DNA of 63,978 bases, filler included, from an uncultured bacterium (GTDB taxonomy: Bacteria; CAYJRR01), in the NCBI GenBank assembly GCA_964372275.1. It is 3 parts of 3 records of this genome, joined end to end, with 100 filler letters (N's around TTAATTAATTAA, not from the genome) between each part and the next. Parts side by side here need not be neighbours in the genome. Positions count along the whole stretch, not along the records: positions 1 to 30,541 come from CAYJRR010000051.1; positions 30,642 to 60,933 come from CAYJRR010000052.1; 1 more part is not named here. One strand, 5' to 3'. A program made the translations under genes and the position numbers. The notes under the pieces are model-generated. The model was not told where the DNA came from. It did no database searches and worked only from the letters and a program-made list of their open reading frames with translations. This document shows, piece by piece, positions 28,119 through 40,805 of this stretch. How positions within the stretch are numbered: the stretch's first letter is position 1; every line of letters starts with the position of its first letter.

Positions 28119-30541
28119 TCAGCGGAAATCGCGCGACCGCAAAGGCAGCGCCGGCATGGCGACGGTCGCGGCAGGATCGGCTTCGGGCGCGTCGGGGACG
28201 GCCGGCTCGAACGACGAGACCTGCACGTTGATCGCCTTCCCGGCGCGCTCGACGCGGCCGGCGGCGACGACGAACAGCGCGTCGCGGGCGAGGGGGCGGT
28301 GGGCCTCGTAGACCTCCGGAGGGATCACCAAGTTCAGGAACCCCCACTCGTCCTCCAGCGTGGCGAAGACGACGTTCCCGATCGTCGGGGGGCGCTGCCG
28401 GACGATCGCCATCCCTCCGACCAACACCTTCTGGCGGTGGCGCGCGGCGGCCAGCTCCCGCGAGGAGAGGACGCCGCGCCGCCGGAACCCGTCGCGGAAG
28501 AAGGAGACCGGGTGCGCCTCGATCGACAGGCCCGTCGCGTCGTAGTCGGAGAGGACCCGCTCCCGCGTCGACAGCGCCGCGAACGCCACCTCCCCCGGGC
28601 GCTCGCCGTGCCCGCCGTCCGGGAACAGCGCCCCGTCGGCGCGCGGGCCTTCCTCGCCGGCGCGGCCGGCGAGGGGCGGACGCTCGCGCAGGGCGGCCCA
28701 GAGCGCGTCGCGGCGGGAGAGTCCCAGCGGGCGGAAGGCGTCGGCCGCCGCGATCCGCGCGATCCCCTCCCGCGACAGGCCCGACCGGCGCACGACGTCG
28801 TCCCACGACGTGAAGGGGGCGCTCGCCCGGAGCCGCTTCTCCGCTTGCTCGCCGAGACCGCGCACGTGACGCAGTCCCAGCCGCACCGCGTGGAGGGGGC
28901 CGTCCGCCGCCGTCACCCGACCGCCGCCCTCCCGCGGTTCGAGCGTGCAATCCCAGCGGCTCTTCGTGACGTCGACCGGGCGCACCTCGACGCCGTGCCG
29001 AAGGGCGTCGTTGACGAGGGTGTGCGCGGCGTAGAACCCCATCGGCTGGGAGTTCAGGAGCGCGGCGGTGAAGGCGGCGTGGTGGTGCACCTTGAGCCAG
29101 GCCGAGGCGTAGACCAGGAGCGCGAACGAGGCGGAGTGGCTCTCGGGGAATCCGTACCCCGCGAAGCCGGAGAGCTGGCGCACGATCTCCTCCGCCGCCG
29201 GGCGCGAGATCCCCTTCTCCGCCATCCCCGCGAGCAGCCGGCCGTGGAGTTTTTCCAACTCCTCCGTCGACCGCTTGTGCGTCATCGCGCGGCGCAGCGC
29301 GTCGGCCTCGCCGGCGGAGAACCCCGCGGCGGCCATCGCCAGGCGGATCGCCTGCTCCTGGAAGACCGGGACGCCGTAGGTCTTCTCCAGGATCGGCCGC
29401 AGGCAGGGATGGGCGTAGACGACCGGCTCCTTCCCCCACCGGCGGCGGAGGAACGGCTGCACCATCCCGCCGGTGATCGGGCCGGGACGGATCAGCGCGA
29501 TCTCGATCACCAGGTCGTAGAAGCAGCGCGGCCGCAAACGCGGCAGCATGTTCATCTGCGCCCGGCTCTCGATCTGGAAGACGCCGACGGTGTCGGCTTC
29601 GCCGATCGCGTCGTAGACGCGCGGGTCCTCCGCCGGGATGGTGGCGAGCGAGAGGTCGATCCCTTCGTGCTCGCGCACCAGGTCGAGCGCCTTGCGGATC
29701 ATCGTCAGCATCCCCAGACCCAGCACGTCGATCTTGAGGATCCCGACCGCCGCCAGGTCGTCCTTCTCCCAGGCGACGACGGTGCGCCCCTCCATCGTCG
29801 CGTTCTCGGTCGGCACCAGCTCGTGGAGGGGCCCGTGGGTGATGGCGAACCCGCCCGAATGGATCCCCAGGTGCCGCGGGAACCCGAGCAGCTCACTCGC
29901 GCGGGCGCGGACGTGTTCGGTCGGGTGGTCGACGCGGGACTCGGGCAGCCCGAGCGCCTTGGCCGTCTCGCGCGCCGCGAGGCGATGGCGGTAGGTGATG
30001 ACGTTGGCGACCATGGCGGCGCGGTGCCGGCCGTAGCGCTGGTAGAGGTGCTGGATCACCTCCTCGCGCCGTTCGTGCTCGAAGTCGACGTCGATGTCGG
30101 GCGGCTCGCCGCGTTCCACCGAAAGAAATCGTTCGAAGAGGAGCCCCATCCGCACCGGATCGATGGCGGTGATCCCCAGGACGAAGCAGACGGCGGAGTT
30201 GGCGGCGCTCCCCCGCCCCTGGCAGAGGATCCCCTTGGCGCGCGCGAAGACGACGATCTCCCAGACGGTGAGGAAGTAGGGGGCGTAGTCGAGCGCCTCG
30301 ATGAGCTGTAGCTCGTGCGCGAGCTGGGCGCGGACCTCCGGCGGCACGCCGGCCGGGTAGCGCTCGGCCGCCCCTTTCCAGACCTGCTCCGTGAGCCAGC
30401 CGAACGCGGTGTAGCCCGGCGGGAGCCACTCGTCCGGATAGCGGTAGCGGAGCGAGTCGAGCGAGAAGCGGCACGCCGCCGCCAACTCCACCGAGCGCTC
30501 GATCGCCTCGGGATGGTCGGGAAAGAGCGCCGCCATCGCGG
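28119..30541 (-). CDS. dnaE2: error-prone DNA polymerase DnaE2, 5'-truncated at the contig end
   Basis: QGRGSAANS, PDIDVDFEH, GVFQIESRAQM, YGFPESHSASFA and C-terminal SRDFR. Confidence 0.95.
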
Positions 30542-30641
30542 NNNNNNNNNNNNNNNNNNNNNNNNNNNNNNNNNNNNNNNNNNNNTTAATTAATTAANNN
30601 NNNNNNNNNNNNNNNNNNNNNNNNNNNNNNNNNNNNNNNNN
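30542..30641. other. artificial contig linker
   Basis: N-run, TTAATTAATTAA, N-run. Confidence 0.98.
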
Positions 30642-32698
<2,057 letters not shown>

Positions 32699-32727
32699 CC
32701 GTCCACGCGTCGCGCGGCGGCCGGAGG

Positions 32728-33528
32728 TCAGATATCGCTGGTGAGGACGAAGCGCCAGTCCGCGTCGTCCATGCGGTGCTGGATCACGGTCGCGGTCGCC
32801 GAGGGACGGACGCCGGTCGACTCCAGCTCCGTCGCCAGCGGATCGCCGGCGGGGGCGCAAAGCATGTGCACGGAGCCGGGCTGCGGCTCGCGCAGGCGCG
32901 GATCGGCGCAAGGGCCGAACTGCACGTGGAGGAGCGGCATCGGCCGGCCGGTGGAGGCGAGCACGATCTCCTTCACGCCGGCGAGAGAGAGGAATCCGGT
33001 CGGGCCGCGGTGGCGCTCCACGAGGGGCTGTGCGCGCCGCATCGCCGGTCCGTCGAGCGAGTAGATGCGAAGCGTCGCCGCGGCCGACAGTCGCGCCCAA
33101 CGGAAGCGTCCGAGCAGGCGCGCGATGCGGTTCGGCTCCCCGCCGGCCGGATCCATGGAGACGGCGTAGCCCCTCCGACACCGCCAGTAACCCGGGACGA
33201 ACCCGCGCGAGAGGATTCGCAGCGGCAGGCGCCGGCCCCGGCCGTCGGGGTGCACCTTCAAGTCGCACAGGTACCAGCACTCCCGGGTGACGCCGCCGAT
33301 CGGGACACGGCGCACGACCCCCGCTCCCACGGCCAGCGCGCGGTCGCCGTCGGCGACGACGTAGTAGTGGAGATCGCTCCCGAGGCGGTCGAAGAACGAG
33401 AAGTAGTCGGCGCCGTGATCGATGCGAAAGGAGTCCTCGCCGAGCGGATAGGTGGCGGTGCCTTCGAGCGTCTGGATGCGCGGACCCCAGGCGGCGCGGT
33501 CTCGCGTGAAGACGCGGTGAATCCTCAC
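32728..33528 (-). CDS. GNAT-fold N-acyltransferase
   Basis: WYLCDLKVHPDGRGRRL acyl-CoA-binding motif A; GTGA overlap with the upstream gene. Confidence 0.75.
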   Translation of the reverse strand: MRIHRVFTRDRAAWGPRIQTLEGTATYPLGEDSFRIDHGADYFSFFDRLGSDLHYYVVADGDRALAVGAGVVRRVPIGGVTRECWYLCDLKVHPDGRGRRLPLRILSRGFVPGYWRCRRGYAVSMDPAGGEPNRIARLLGRFRWARLSAAATLRIYSLDGPAMRRAQPLVERHRGPTGFLSLAGVKEIVLASTGRPMPLLHVQFGPCADPRLREPQPGSVHMLCAPAGDPLATELESTGVRPSATATVIQHRMDDADWRFVLTSDI

Positions 33529-34238
33529 GTCCAGGTCCGGCGTTCCGGGATTTCGCAGAACGACCGCCGGGCGCGGGCCCTCCACAGCCCCTCGTAGAGT
33601 CCGTCGAAAAGCGTCGCCCCCATCCGGAACCCCTGTTCGATGTAGTAGCGCCCTTCGGCGCCTCCGCGACGCCAGCTCCCCTCCAGAACCTGGAAGAAGT
33701 CGTCGGAGTGCCGCACGTCGAGCGCCTCGTGCAGGTTGTAGTGGATCAGCCGATCCCGGGTCAGCCAGCCGTTGTCGACGATTCCACGCCCGATCCACGA
33801 GGAGATCTCGGAGAACATCCGCTCGATCATCCCCATCACGGCGCACGACACCAGGTGGTCGTCGAGCACGCAACAGCCGGAGAGGGCCGTGTTGAAGATC
33901 CGCACTTCCGGACAGAGCGTGCGTCGCTCGATGTCCGCGTCGTCGACGCCTCCGAGGCGGTGGAGCAGCTCGCGAAACGTCGCGCCGTGCGTGATCCGCG
34001 TGTCCCCTTCCCCGTGCTCCTCCCAGACGTTCCGGAGGATCCCCATCCGCAGCTCGGGCGAGGGGATCTTCGCCGCGAGAGCCGCCATCGGCCGGCTGAA
34101 GAAGACCACGGCGAAGTAGAACTGGATCTGGGTCTCGACGAAGTCGGCCTTGTCGAATCGTTTTTCGCGCAGCGCGGCGAAGTAGGGGTTCGAGCGCCAG
34201 GGCACTTCGTTCAGGATCGCCGCGATCAGGTCGTTCAT
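33525..34238 (-). CDS. heme-oxygenase-like diiron oxidase (CADD/PqqC-like iron-containing redox enzyme)
   Basis: EEHG...H, IER and HEALDVRH ligand pattern; ATGA overlap with the upstream gene. Confidence 0.85.
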   Translation of the reverse strand: MNDLIAAILNEVPWRSNPYFAALREKRFDKADFVETQIQFYFAVVFFSRPMAALAAKIPSPELRMGILRNVWEEHGEGDTRITHGATFRELLHRLGGVDDADIERRTLCPEVRIFNTALSGCCVLDDHLVSCAVMGMIERMFSEISSWIGRGIVDNGWLTRDRLIHYNLHEALDVRHSDDFFQVLEGSWRRGGAEGRYYIEQGFRMGATLFDGLYEGLWRARARRSFCEIPERRTWT

Positions 34239-35206
34239 TCTTTCGTTCCGACGTGGATCCGCTCGTAGAAGAGACTGCGGTCCGATGCGAGCATGGCGGC
34301 GCCTCGCGCGTCGTCCCAGCGAAAGCCGGGGAGGTGGCGGCGGACGTCGCGACGGTTGTTGAGTTGCCGCACCAGCACGACCGTACCCGGTCGGGTCCGG
34401 GCCGCGATCGCCCGCCCGGTGGCGCCGGCCGAAGCGTCGTCCATCCAGTCGAAGACGTTCGACAGGTGCACGAGCGCGCAGGAGGCGGCGAGGTCGGCCG
34501 CCGACTCGAGCGTGCCGACGACGTACTCGAAGCGGAATCCGGCCGGCGGCGCGGCGAGGAACGGCGGAAGGGATGACGGATCGTCGAGGTAATGCCCGAG
34601 AAGAACGTGGTGGAGGAACGGATTGACCGCCGCGTCGTCGCGAGCCAGTCCACGCTCGATGGCGCGGCGGAAGTACGCCGGATAGGAGCCGCGCTCGGCG
34701 TGCTGTGTGGCGGCCGTTCCGAAGATGGCGTGCAGGAGATCGTCGGAGAAGAACAGCTCGAAGGCGACCGGCCAGTACCGGCAGGCGGCCACGTCCGCGA
34801 GGACGGTCTGCCGTTCGCCGGGCGTCGCACGGAAGAACCGTCGCCACGTCTCGCCGCCGGCGACGAAGTCGTGGACGAATCCGCGAAGACCGCGGAAGAG
34901 CGATTCGAAGTTCCCCTGCTGGCTCAGGTCGTCGGCGCCGCTTTCTCCGATCCCGAACGCTCGCTTCCGCACGTCGGCGGGGAGCGCCAATGCGTCGACC
35001 TTGCGGCGAACGTGCGCAAGCTGCGCCGGATTCGGGTCGACGAGCGCGAAGCTCGCGTCCGGGAAGAGCGCCTGCAAGGAAAGGGCGGTGCAACCTCCCG
35101 AGGCGACCAGCAGCGCTCGTCGCGGTGGCTCGATCTCGGCCAGGACCATCGCCTCCAACCGCGGGTCCTCCCGCACCACCGCGAACTGGAGAGGGTTGTC
35201 GCGCAC
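34235..35206 (-). CDS. DUF3419/BtaA-like SAM-dependent (3-amino-3-carboxypropyl) transferase
   Basis: REDP, VASGGCTALSL, VDPNPAQL and LSNVFDWM motifs. Confidence 0.8.
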   Translation of the reverse strand: MRDNPLQFAVVREDPRLEAMVLAEIEPPRRALLVASGGCTALSLQALFPDASFALVDPNPAQLAHVRRKVDALALPADVRKRAFGIGESGADDLSQQGNFESLFRGLRGFVHDFVAGGETWRRFFRATPGERQTVLADVAACRYWPVAFELFFSDDLLHAIFGTAATQHAERGSYPAYFRRAIERGLARDDAAVNPFLHHVLLGHYLDDPSSLPPFLAAPPAGFRFEYVVGTLESAADLAASCALVHLSNVFDWMDDASAGATGRAIAARTRPGTVVLVRQLNNRRDVRRHLPGFRWDDARGAAMLASDRSLFYERIHVGTKE

Positions 35207-35301
35207 CGGGCGATAGTACCTTCACCTCCGCCGAATCGTCCGGAACGTGCGCGGTCGCTCACGGCCACTCACCGCCACGCCGGCGCTGGTAGACTGGACG
35301 T

Positions 35302-35712
35302 GTGGTCTGTCCGTCCTGCGGCGGGGAGGTGGTCGGCGGGGTGGGCGGCGCGTGCGCGCGCTGCGGCCGGCCGCCGATGAACGTCGCCGTGACGCCGCAG
35401 GAGCACGTCGTCCGCGTGGGTCAGGGGACGGCGCTCACCCGCGTGCCGGCGATGCCCCGGCTGACGTGGGGCCTGTTCGTCGCGGGATGGTCGGTCTGGT
35501 TGGGGCCGCTCGCGTACTATCTCTACCTTCGGTCCACCCCCACGCCGGCGTCGTCCTGGAGAGGGACCGGTCTCGTCGCCGTCTCCATCGTCGCCTTTCT
35601 GATCCAGGCGGTGCTTTGGGCCTCGGCCTTCTTTTACAGTCGGCTCGTCACCTCGGACGAGATCGCGGAGGAGGCCGAGAAGACCTCCTCCGGCACCGAG
35701 CGCGGATCCTGA
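35302..35712 (+). CDS. small membrane protein with N-terminal zinc-ribbon
   Basis: CPSCG...CARCG followed by two TM helices. Confidence 0.6.
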   Translation: MVCPSCGGEVVGGVGGACARCGRPPMNVAVTPQEHVVRVGQGTALTRVPAMPRLTWGLFVAGWSVWLGPLAYYLYLRSTPTPASSWRGTGLVAVSIVAFLIQAVLWASAFFYSRLVTSDEIAEEAEKTSSGTERGS

Positions 35713-35812
35713 CGGTCCGCCGCCACTCGGGGCGGGACATCGCGGTCTCCGATGGTAACGGGAGTGCCCCCGTCGCCGGCGCGCAACCGCTCGGGAAAAC
35801 TGGGCTTCTGCA

Positions 35813-35827
35813 TGGCTTGGAACCTGC
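35813..35827 (+). promoter_or_regulatory. sigma54-type motif TGGCTTGGAACCTGC
   Basis: GG-N10-GC upstream of ATG 35841. Confidence 0.45.
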
Positions 35828-35840
35828 ACCACCGAGGCGT

Positions 35841-36326
35841 ATGGATCGACACGCGGAGGTTGGAGTCGGGGCGCGCCGTTCGCCGTGGCGGGCGTTGATG
35901 GTCGTGGCGACGCTCGTCGCCCTTTCCACGTCGACGATCGCCCGGTCGGCACAGGAGCCGACGACGGCCGGCGCAGCCGCGGAGACGGGTGTCGGCGTCG
36001 TCGAAGGGATCGTCTACGCCCTCGCAGGTCCGGTTGCGCTCGGCTACGGCCTCGTTTTCACCGCCGCGGGCGTGGCTGCCGGGACCGCGGCCCTGGTCGT
36101 CGCCGGTCCGGGAATCCTCGCCACCACCGCGGCCGTCGGACTCGGTGCGGTGGCGGTCGGCGGGATCGTGGTCGGCGGTCGCTACCTCTACGTCGCCTAT
36201 CGCACCGGCACGATCGGCGCGCTCTGGGACTACGCCCGCGGGCGAACCCCGGCCGAGTCGGCGGAGCGCGCCCGCCGCGCCGTCGACGCGGTCAACGCCG
36301 GCGCGCGCGCGTCGAACTGTCCGTAG
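35841..36326 (+). CDS. exported Gly/Ala-rich hydrophobic hypothetical protein
   Basis: GAGG RBS, signal peptide, long GxxxG-rich hydrophobic stretch. Confidence 0.6.
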   Translation: MDRHAEVGVGARRSPWRALMVVATLVALSTSTIARSAQEPTTAGAAAETGVGVVEGIVYALAGPVALGYGLVFTAAGVAAGTAALVVAGPGILATTAAVGLGAVAVGGIVVGGRYLYVAYRTGTIGALWDYARGRTPAESAERARRAVDAVNAGARASNCP

Positions 36327-37175
36327 CTAGCCGATCGCGGCTGCCGCGTACGGCGTGTCGTCGGCTCCGACCCCGATCCCCGGCCGGGCGCGGAACGCCC
36401 GTTCGCGATGGTCGGTCAGACCGCGGAACCAGGCCAGCCCCGGGAGGCGCGCGATCGTCTGGTCGATCCGCGCCGCCACCTCGGCCCCCTCGGCGCCGCC
36501 CAGCACGTAGCGGAGGATCCAGTGCATCTCCGCGTCGGGCTTCACCCCGCCTCCGACCGGCAGCCAGAAGTGCCGGAGGACGAAGCCCGTCAGCCGCTGC
36601 GCGGCGCGCGGCGCGAGCTCGACCCTCGCCTTGTTGTAGTAGAACGAGAAGTGCCGCCGTTCGTCCTTCGCGAGCCGCCGCAAAAGCTCGGCGAGGACCG
36701 GATTTCGCGTCCGCCGCGCGAGCAGGCCGTACCCTTCCAACGTCGACAGCTCCGAGACCGCGCCGTAGGTCAGGTAGACGGCGTGGAAGTGCCGCGAGAT
36801 CTGGCAAACGAGCGAGGCGCCCAGGTCTTTCGCCCATTCGCTCCATGGAACTTTCCGGAGGACGTGCGACGCGCGGTCCTCCGGAAATGCCCGGCCGCAC
36901 GCCTGCAGGAATCGCCGGAGGGCGCGGCCGTGGAAGAACTCTTCGTACGCCCAGCAACTGAGGAAGGCGGTCGTCTCGGGATCTTCGATCGCGCAGGTCG
37001 AGAGGATGCTTCGCAGGTAGACGACGGTGTGCGCCTCGATGTCCATCATGTAGGTGAGGCAACGCGCCTCGTCGTCGGTCAACGGGTGGTGCGCCGCCGC
37101 CGACAGATCGAGATCCTCGATCTCCACCTTCTTCGAATGGCGCAAGTACCGCTCGAGATCGAACTCCGACGCCAT
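36327..37175 (-). CDS. ferritin-like diiron protein (acyl-ACP desaturase-like)
   Basis: DIE, WAYEEFFH, EL..L.GY and DERRH: two ExxH motifs. Confidence 0.85.
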   Translation of the reverse strand: MASEFDLERYLRHSKKVEIEDLDLSAAAHHPLTDDEARCLTYMMDIEAHTVVYLRSILSTCAIEDPETTAFLSCWAYEEFFHGRALRRFLQACGRAFPEDRASHVLRKVPWSEWAKDLGASLVCQISRHFHAVYLTYGAVSELSTLEGYGLLARRTRNPVLAELLRRLAKDERRHFSFYYNKARVELAPRAAQRLTGFVLRHFWLPVGGGVKPDAEMHWILRYVLGGAEGAEVAARIDQTIARLPGLAWFRGLTDHRERAFRARPGIGVGADDTPYAAAAIG

Positions 37176-37259
37176 GATCGTCCCCCCAGGCGATGCATCC
37201 GCACTGTAATACGCGGACCCGCCGCAGACGGATCCCGATTGTGCGATGATCCGGGTGCC

Positions 37260-37841
37260 ATGGCCCTTTCCGGTCGAGACTTGTTGGAGTCGAGCGTGCT
37301 CGATCCGGCGGGGCGGAGCGTTCGCCTACGCGAGGTCGCGGCCGGAAAGCCGGCGGTCTTCGTCTTCCTGCGCCACTTCGGGTGAATGCTCTGCCAGGAG
37401 GAGGCCGCGGCGTTCGCCGCTCGCCTCCCGGAGATCCGCGCGGTCGGCGCGGTCCTCGCCCTGATCGGGAACGGCCGCGCGGACCAGGCCGCCGCCTTTC
37501 GCGATCACTTCGGTCTCTCGGAGGTGCCGCTCTTCACCGATCCGTCCCGTGCCACCTACCGCACCGCCGGCTTTCGGCGCGGCGTGCGCCACCTGGTGAC
37601 CGCGCGCTCGCTCAAGAACTACGCGCGGGCGTTCCGGGCCGGTTTCCGCGAAGGCAAGATCCAGGGCGACCCGCTGCAGATGGGGGGCGCCGTGGCGCTC
37701 GATCCGGCCGGTCGTCTGCTGTGGCAGCACGTGGCGGCGGTCGCCGGCGACCTCGCCGATCCGGGCGCCGCGCTCGCCGCCCTCCGAGGGGAAGTGGGAC
37801 CGGATGGCGCCCCTGCGGGATCACGCGGCGCGAAACGCTAG
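37260..37841 (+). CDS. peroxiredoxin-like (AhpC/TSA_2, PRXL2/SelU-type) selenoprotein; UGA at 37383-37385 read as Sec
   Basis: FVFLRHFG-TGA-MLC continues in frame into the FTDP...Y and GDPLQMGG family motifs; hairpin downstream of the TGA. Confidence 0.85.
37400..37428 (+). promoter_or_regulatory. putative bacterial SECIS hairpin
   Basis: GGAGGC-c-GCGGC-[GTTC]-GCCGC-tc-GCCTCC; apical loop starts with GU, 26 nt after the UGA. Confidence 0.7.
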
Positions 37842-37993
37842 GAGGCGACGTCGGCGTTCCGGGCGACCGTCGCCACGGTGGGCGTCGCGGCGACCCAAAG
37901 GCGAAGCGCCGTCATCGACGTGGCACAGGCGATCGCCAGGAGCGAGGCGATCAGCAGCGATCGGAGGAGGCGCGGGGAGCGGAGCGCGGTCAC
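37838..37993 (-). CDS. small single-TM/secreted peptide (51 aa)
   Basis: GTG start 13 nt after a sigma54-like motif; hydrophobic core LLRSLLIASLLAIAC. Confidence 0.4.
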   Translation of the reverse strand: MTALRSPRLLRSLLIASLLAIACATSMTALRLWVAATPTVATVARNADVAS

Positions 37994-38006
37994 GGGGAAC
38001 CGTGAT

Positions 38007-38021
38007 GCAGGCGACGTGCCC
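38007..38021 (-). promoter_or_regulatory. sigma54-type motif GGGCACGTCGCCTGC
   Basis: GGCACG-N5-TGC upstream of the small ORF. Confidence 0.45.
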
Positions 38022-38143
38022 CTGCGCAACCCCCTGATTCGCCGAGCCCGGCAGGAGGGGCGGGCGCGGCCGAAGCGACGCGCCCGACACGGTTGTCATG
38101 GGGTCCGGCGCCTCCGCTTGTGCGCCTGCGCCGGGCGGCCGCT

Positions 38144-39730
38144 CTACGGGTAGACGCGGGCGGCAAACTCGAGCCCCGAGGCGCCGTCGAGGACGATGAA
38201 CGCCGCGCCGACGCCGCACGTGGCGATCCCCGGATTGGTGCCGTTCGCCGATACGGTGACGGCGGAGTCGAGGGCGGTCTGGCCGAAGGAGAGCCGCTGG
38301 ACGGTGACGGTCGTCCCGTTCTCGTAGACCACCCAGGCGTTTCCCGCCGGATCGGCGTCGATCGCGTTTCCTTGCGAATCGACGGTCGTCGGCTCCCCGG
38401 TCATCGACGTCACCGCGTTGTTCGAGAGCGCGACCGCGACCATGCCGCTGGCGCCGACGCCGTACAGGACGCCCCCTCCGGTCGCCCAATCGCTGTAGGT
38501 AACCGTGTTGCCGAGGTTCACCGTGCCCGCGAAAGAAGCGCCGCCGTCGACGCTCTTGCGCAGGTTGATCGAGGGGGTATCGGATGACAGCACGACGTTT
38601 CCGTTCTGGTCGTCGACCGTCACGTCGCCGTACGCCGCCGAAATCGTCTGTTGCGCGCTCGTCGTCCAGGTGGCGCCGAGATCGGCGCTGCGGACGAGGT
38701 TCAGCGTGCCCCCGCTCCAGCTCGACGCGTGGTAGGTGTCGTCGTGCGCGGCAAGACTCAGGTAGGTCTGCGCGCCGGTGTAGATCGTCGTGGGGGTCGA
38801 CCAGGTCGCCCCCGCGTCCTGGGTGGCGGAGACGTAGGTGCCGGCCGTGGTCCGATAGGCCGCGATCGCCGTTCCGGTGCGCCCACCCCCCTGGACGGCG
38901 ATCTCCAGCACCCCGCTTCCGGCGACCGTCGCCGGACTCCGGAACGAAAGACCGCCGTTGGTGCTGACGAAGACCCTGCCGGCGCCGCTGCACGGGCTGG
39001 CGACGTAGACGTACCCGGCGGCGTCGACGCTCATCGACCGGGTTACGTTCGACTTCCCCAGGACGCAGTTGTCGCTGAGCGGAATCGGCGTCGCGGTCCG
39101 GTTGACCACCGGCGAGAGCGCCGGAGCGTCGGGGGCCGCGATTCCGTTCACCGACAGCTGCAGCGCCCCCGGAGAGGTGAGCGCGGGAAGCGCGAACTCC
39201 ACCGTGTCGGCGGTCGCCCCGCTCGGCGTGACCGGAAGATCGCCGACCGTCACCGCCAGCGTTCCCGGCGAAAACCCCGCCCCCTCGACCCGAATCGTCG
39301 ATCCCGGCTTGGCGACGGCCGGGACGATCCGGTCGATCCGCGGGGCGGCGGTGGCGCGAACGGTCAACTCGTCCCCACCCCCCTCGGTGCGGGCGTGGAC
39401 CTCGACCGGGCCGACGGCAGTTCCGAGGGTGAGCACGACCTGCGCCCGGCCGGCGCTGTCGGTGACGGCCACCGCCGGCTCGACGATCGCGCCGCCGGTG
39501 CCCGTCCAGGCGATGCCGATCCCTTCCACCGGCGCACCCTCGTGGAGGAGCATGACGATCAGCGGCTCGGGCAGGTCACGCCCGACGGCCCCCGTCTGAC
39601 CGCCCCCCGACACCAGCACGATCTTCGCGCCGCCGAACGGCAGGGGGGTGCTCTCGAACCGGCACCCGGCGACGGCGGCGAGCGCGACCGCCGCAACGGC
39701 CACCCCGCGGCATGGAACGATTCGGCGCAA
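38144..39730 (-). CDS. lipoprotein with Ig-like, IPT/TIG and BNR/Asp-box domains
   Basis: Lipobox AGC; SGGGQTG and TDSAG.A Big motifs; G.GF IPT motif; four Asp-box-like S/T-x-D/N-x-G-x-T/S-W/F repeats; start may be GTG 39703. Confidence 0.8.
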   Translation of the reverse strand: MRRIVPCRGVAVAAVALAAVAGCRFESTPLPFGGAKIVLVSGGGQTGAVGRDLPEPLIVMLLHEGAPVEGIGIAWTGTGGAIVEPAVAVTDSAGRAQVVLTLGTAVGPVEVHARTEGGGDELTVRATAAPRIDRIVPAVAKPGSTIRVEGAGFSPGTLAVTVGDLPVTPSGATADTVEFALPALTSPGALQLSVNGIAAPDAPALSPVVNRTATPIPLSDNCVLGKSNVTRSMSVDAAGYVYVASPCSGAGRVFVSTNGGLSFRSPATVAGSGVLEIAVQGGGRTGTAIAAYRTTAGTYVSATQDAGATWSTPTTIYTGAQTYLSLAAHDDTYHASSWSGGTLNLVRSADLGATWTTSAQQTISAAYGDVTVDDQNGNVVLSSDTPSINLRKSVDGGASFAGTVNLGNTVTYSDWATGGGVLYGVGASGMVAVALSNNAVTSMTGEPTTVDSQGNAIDADPAGNAWVVYENGTTVTVQRLSFGQTALDSAVTVSANGTNPGIATCGVGAAFIVLDGASGLEFAARVYP

Positions 39731-39844
39731 CCGGCCCCCCTCCCGGCGATTTTAGTCGATCCGGAGGGCGGGGCGGGCGTCGCTTGCGCGGCGCGCAACC
39801 CCGTGGTATCCCACGCCTCCCTCGCCGTCCGAAAGGGCGGCGGG

Positions 39845-39960
39845 GAGTTCACACGCCCGGTTGTTCGGGGAGACCCGGACCGGTGCCGTCGACGGGTCCT
39901 CTACCTCCGGTCTTCGGAGGGTGGGGCGGACGGTCCGCGGGCGGAGGCGTCACAACCCAA
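39845..39960 (+). ncRNA. rpsB 5' leader (t44/S2 autoregulatory RNA)
   Basis: CACACG...hairpin...GGTGC...GGAGGC...AACC layout between a TTGCGC-17-TATCCC promoter and rpsB. Confidence 0.7.
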
Positions 39961-39970
39961 GGAGTCGCAC

Positions 39971-40801
<831 letters not shown>

Positions 40802-40805
40802 TCCC

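Noticed and set aside
28119..30541. dnaE2 without imuA/imuB
   Set aside because: The upstream region is cut by the contig end, so absence cannot be judged
30542..30641. TTAATTAATTAA flanked by Ns (also 60934-61033), and the apparent dnaE2/secA and SPFH/gyrA adjacency
   Set aside because: Artificial all-frame-stop contig linkers with no biological meaning
37383..37385. Reading the TGA as a nonsense mutation or as genome-wide UGA reassignment
   Set aside because: Many genes here end in TGA; the position at the redox Cys and the hairpin favour selenocysteine
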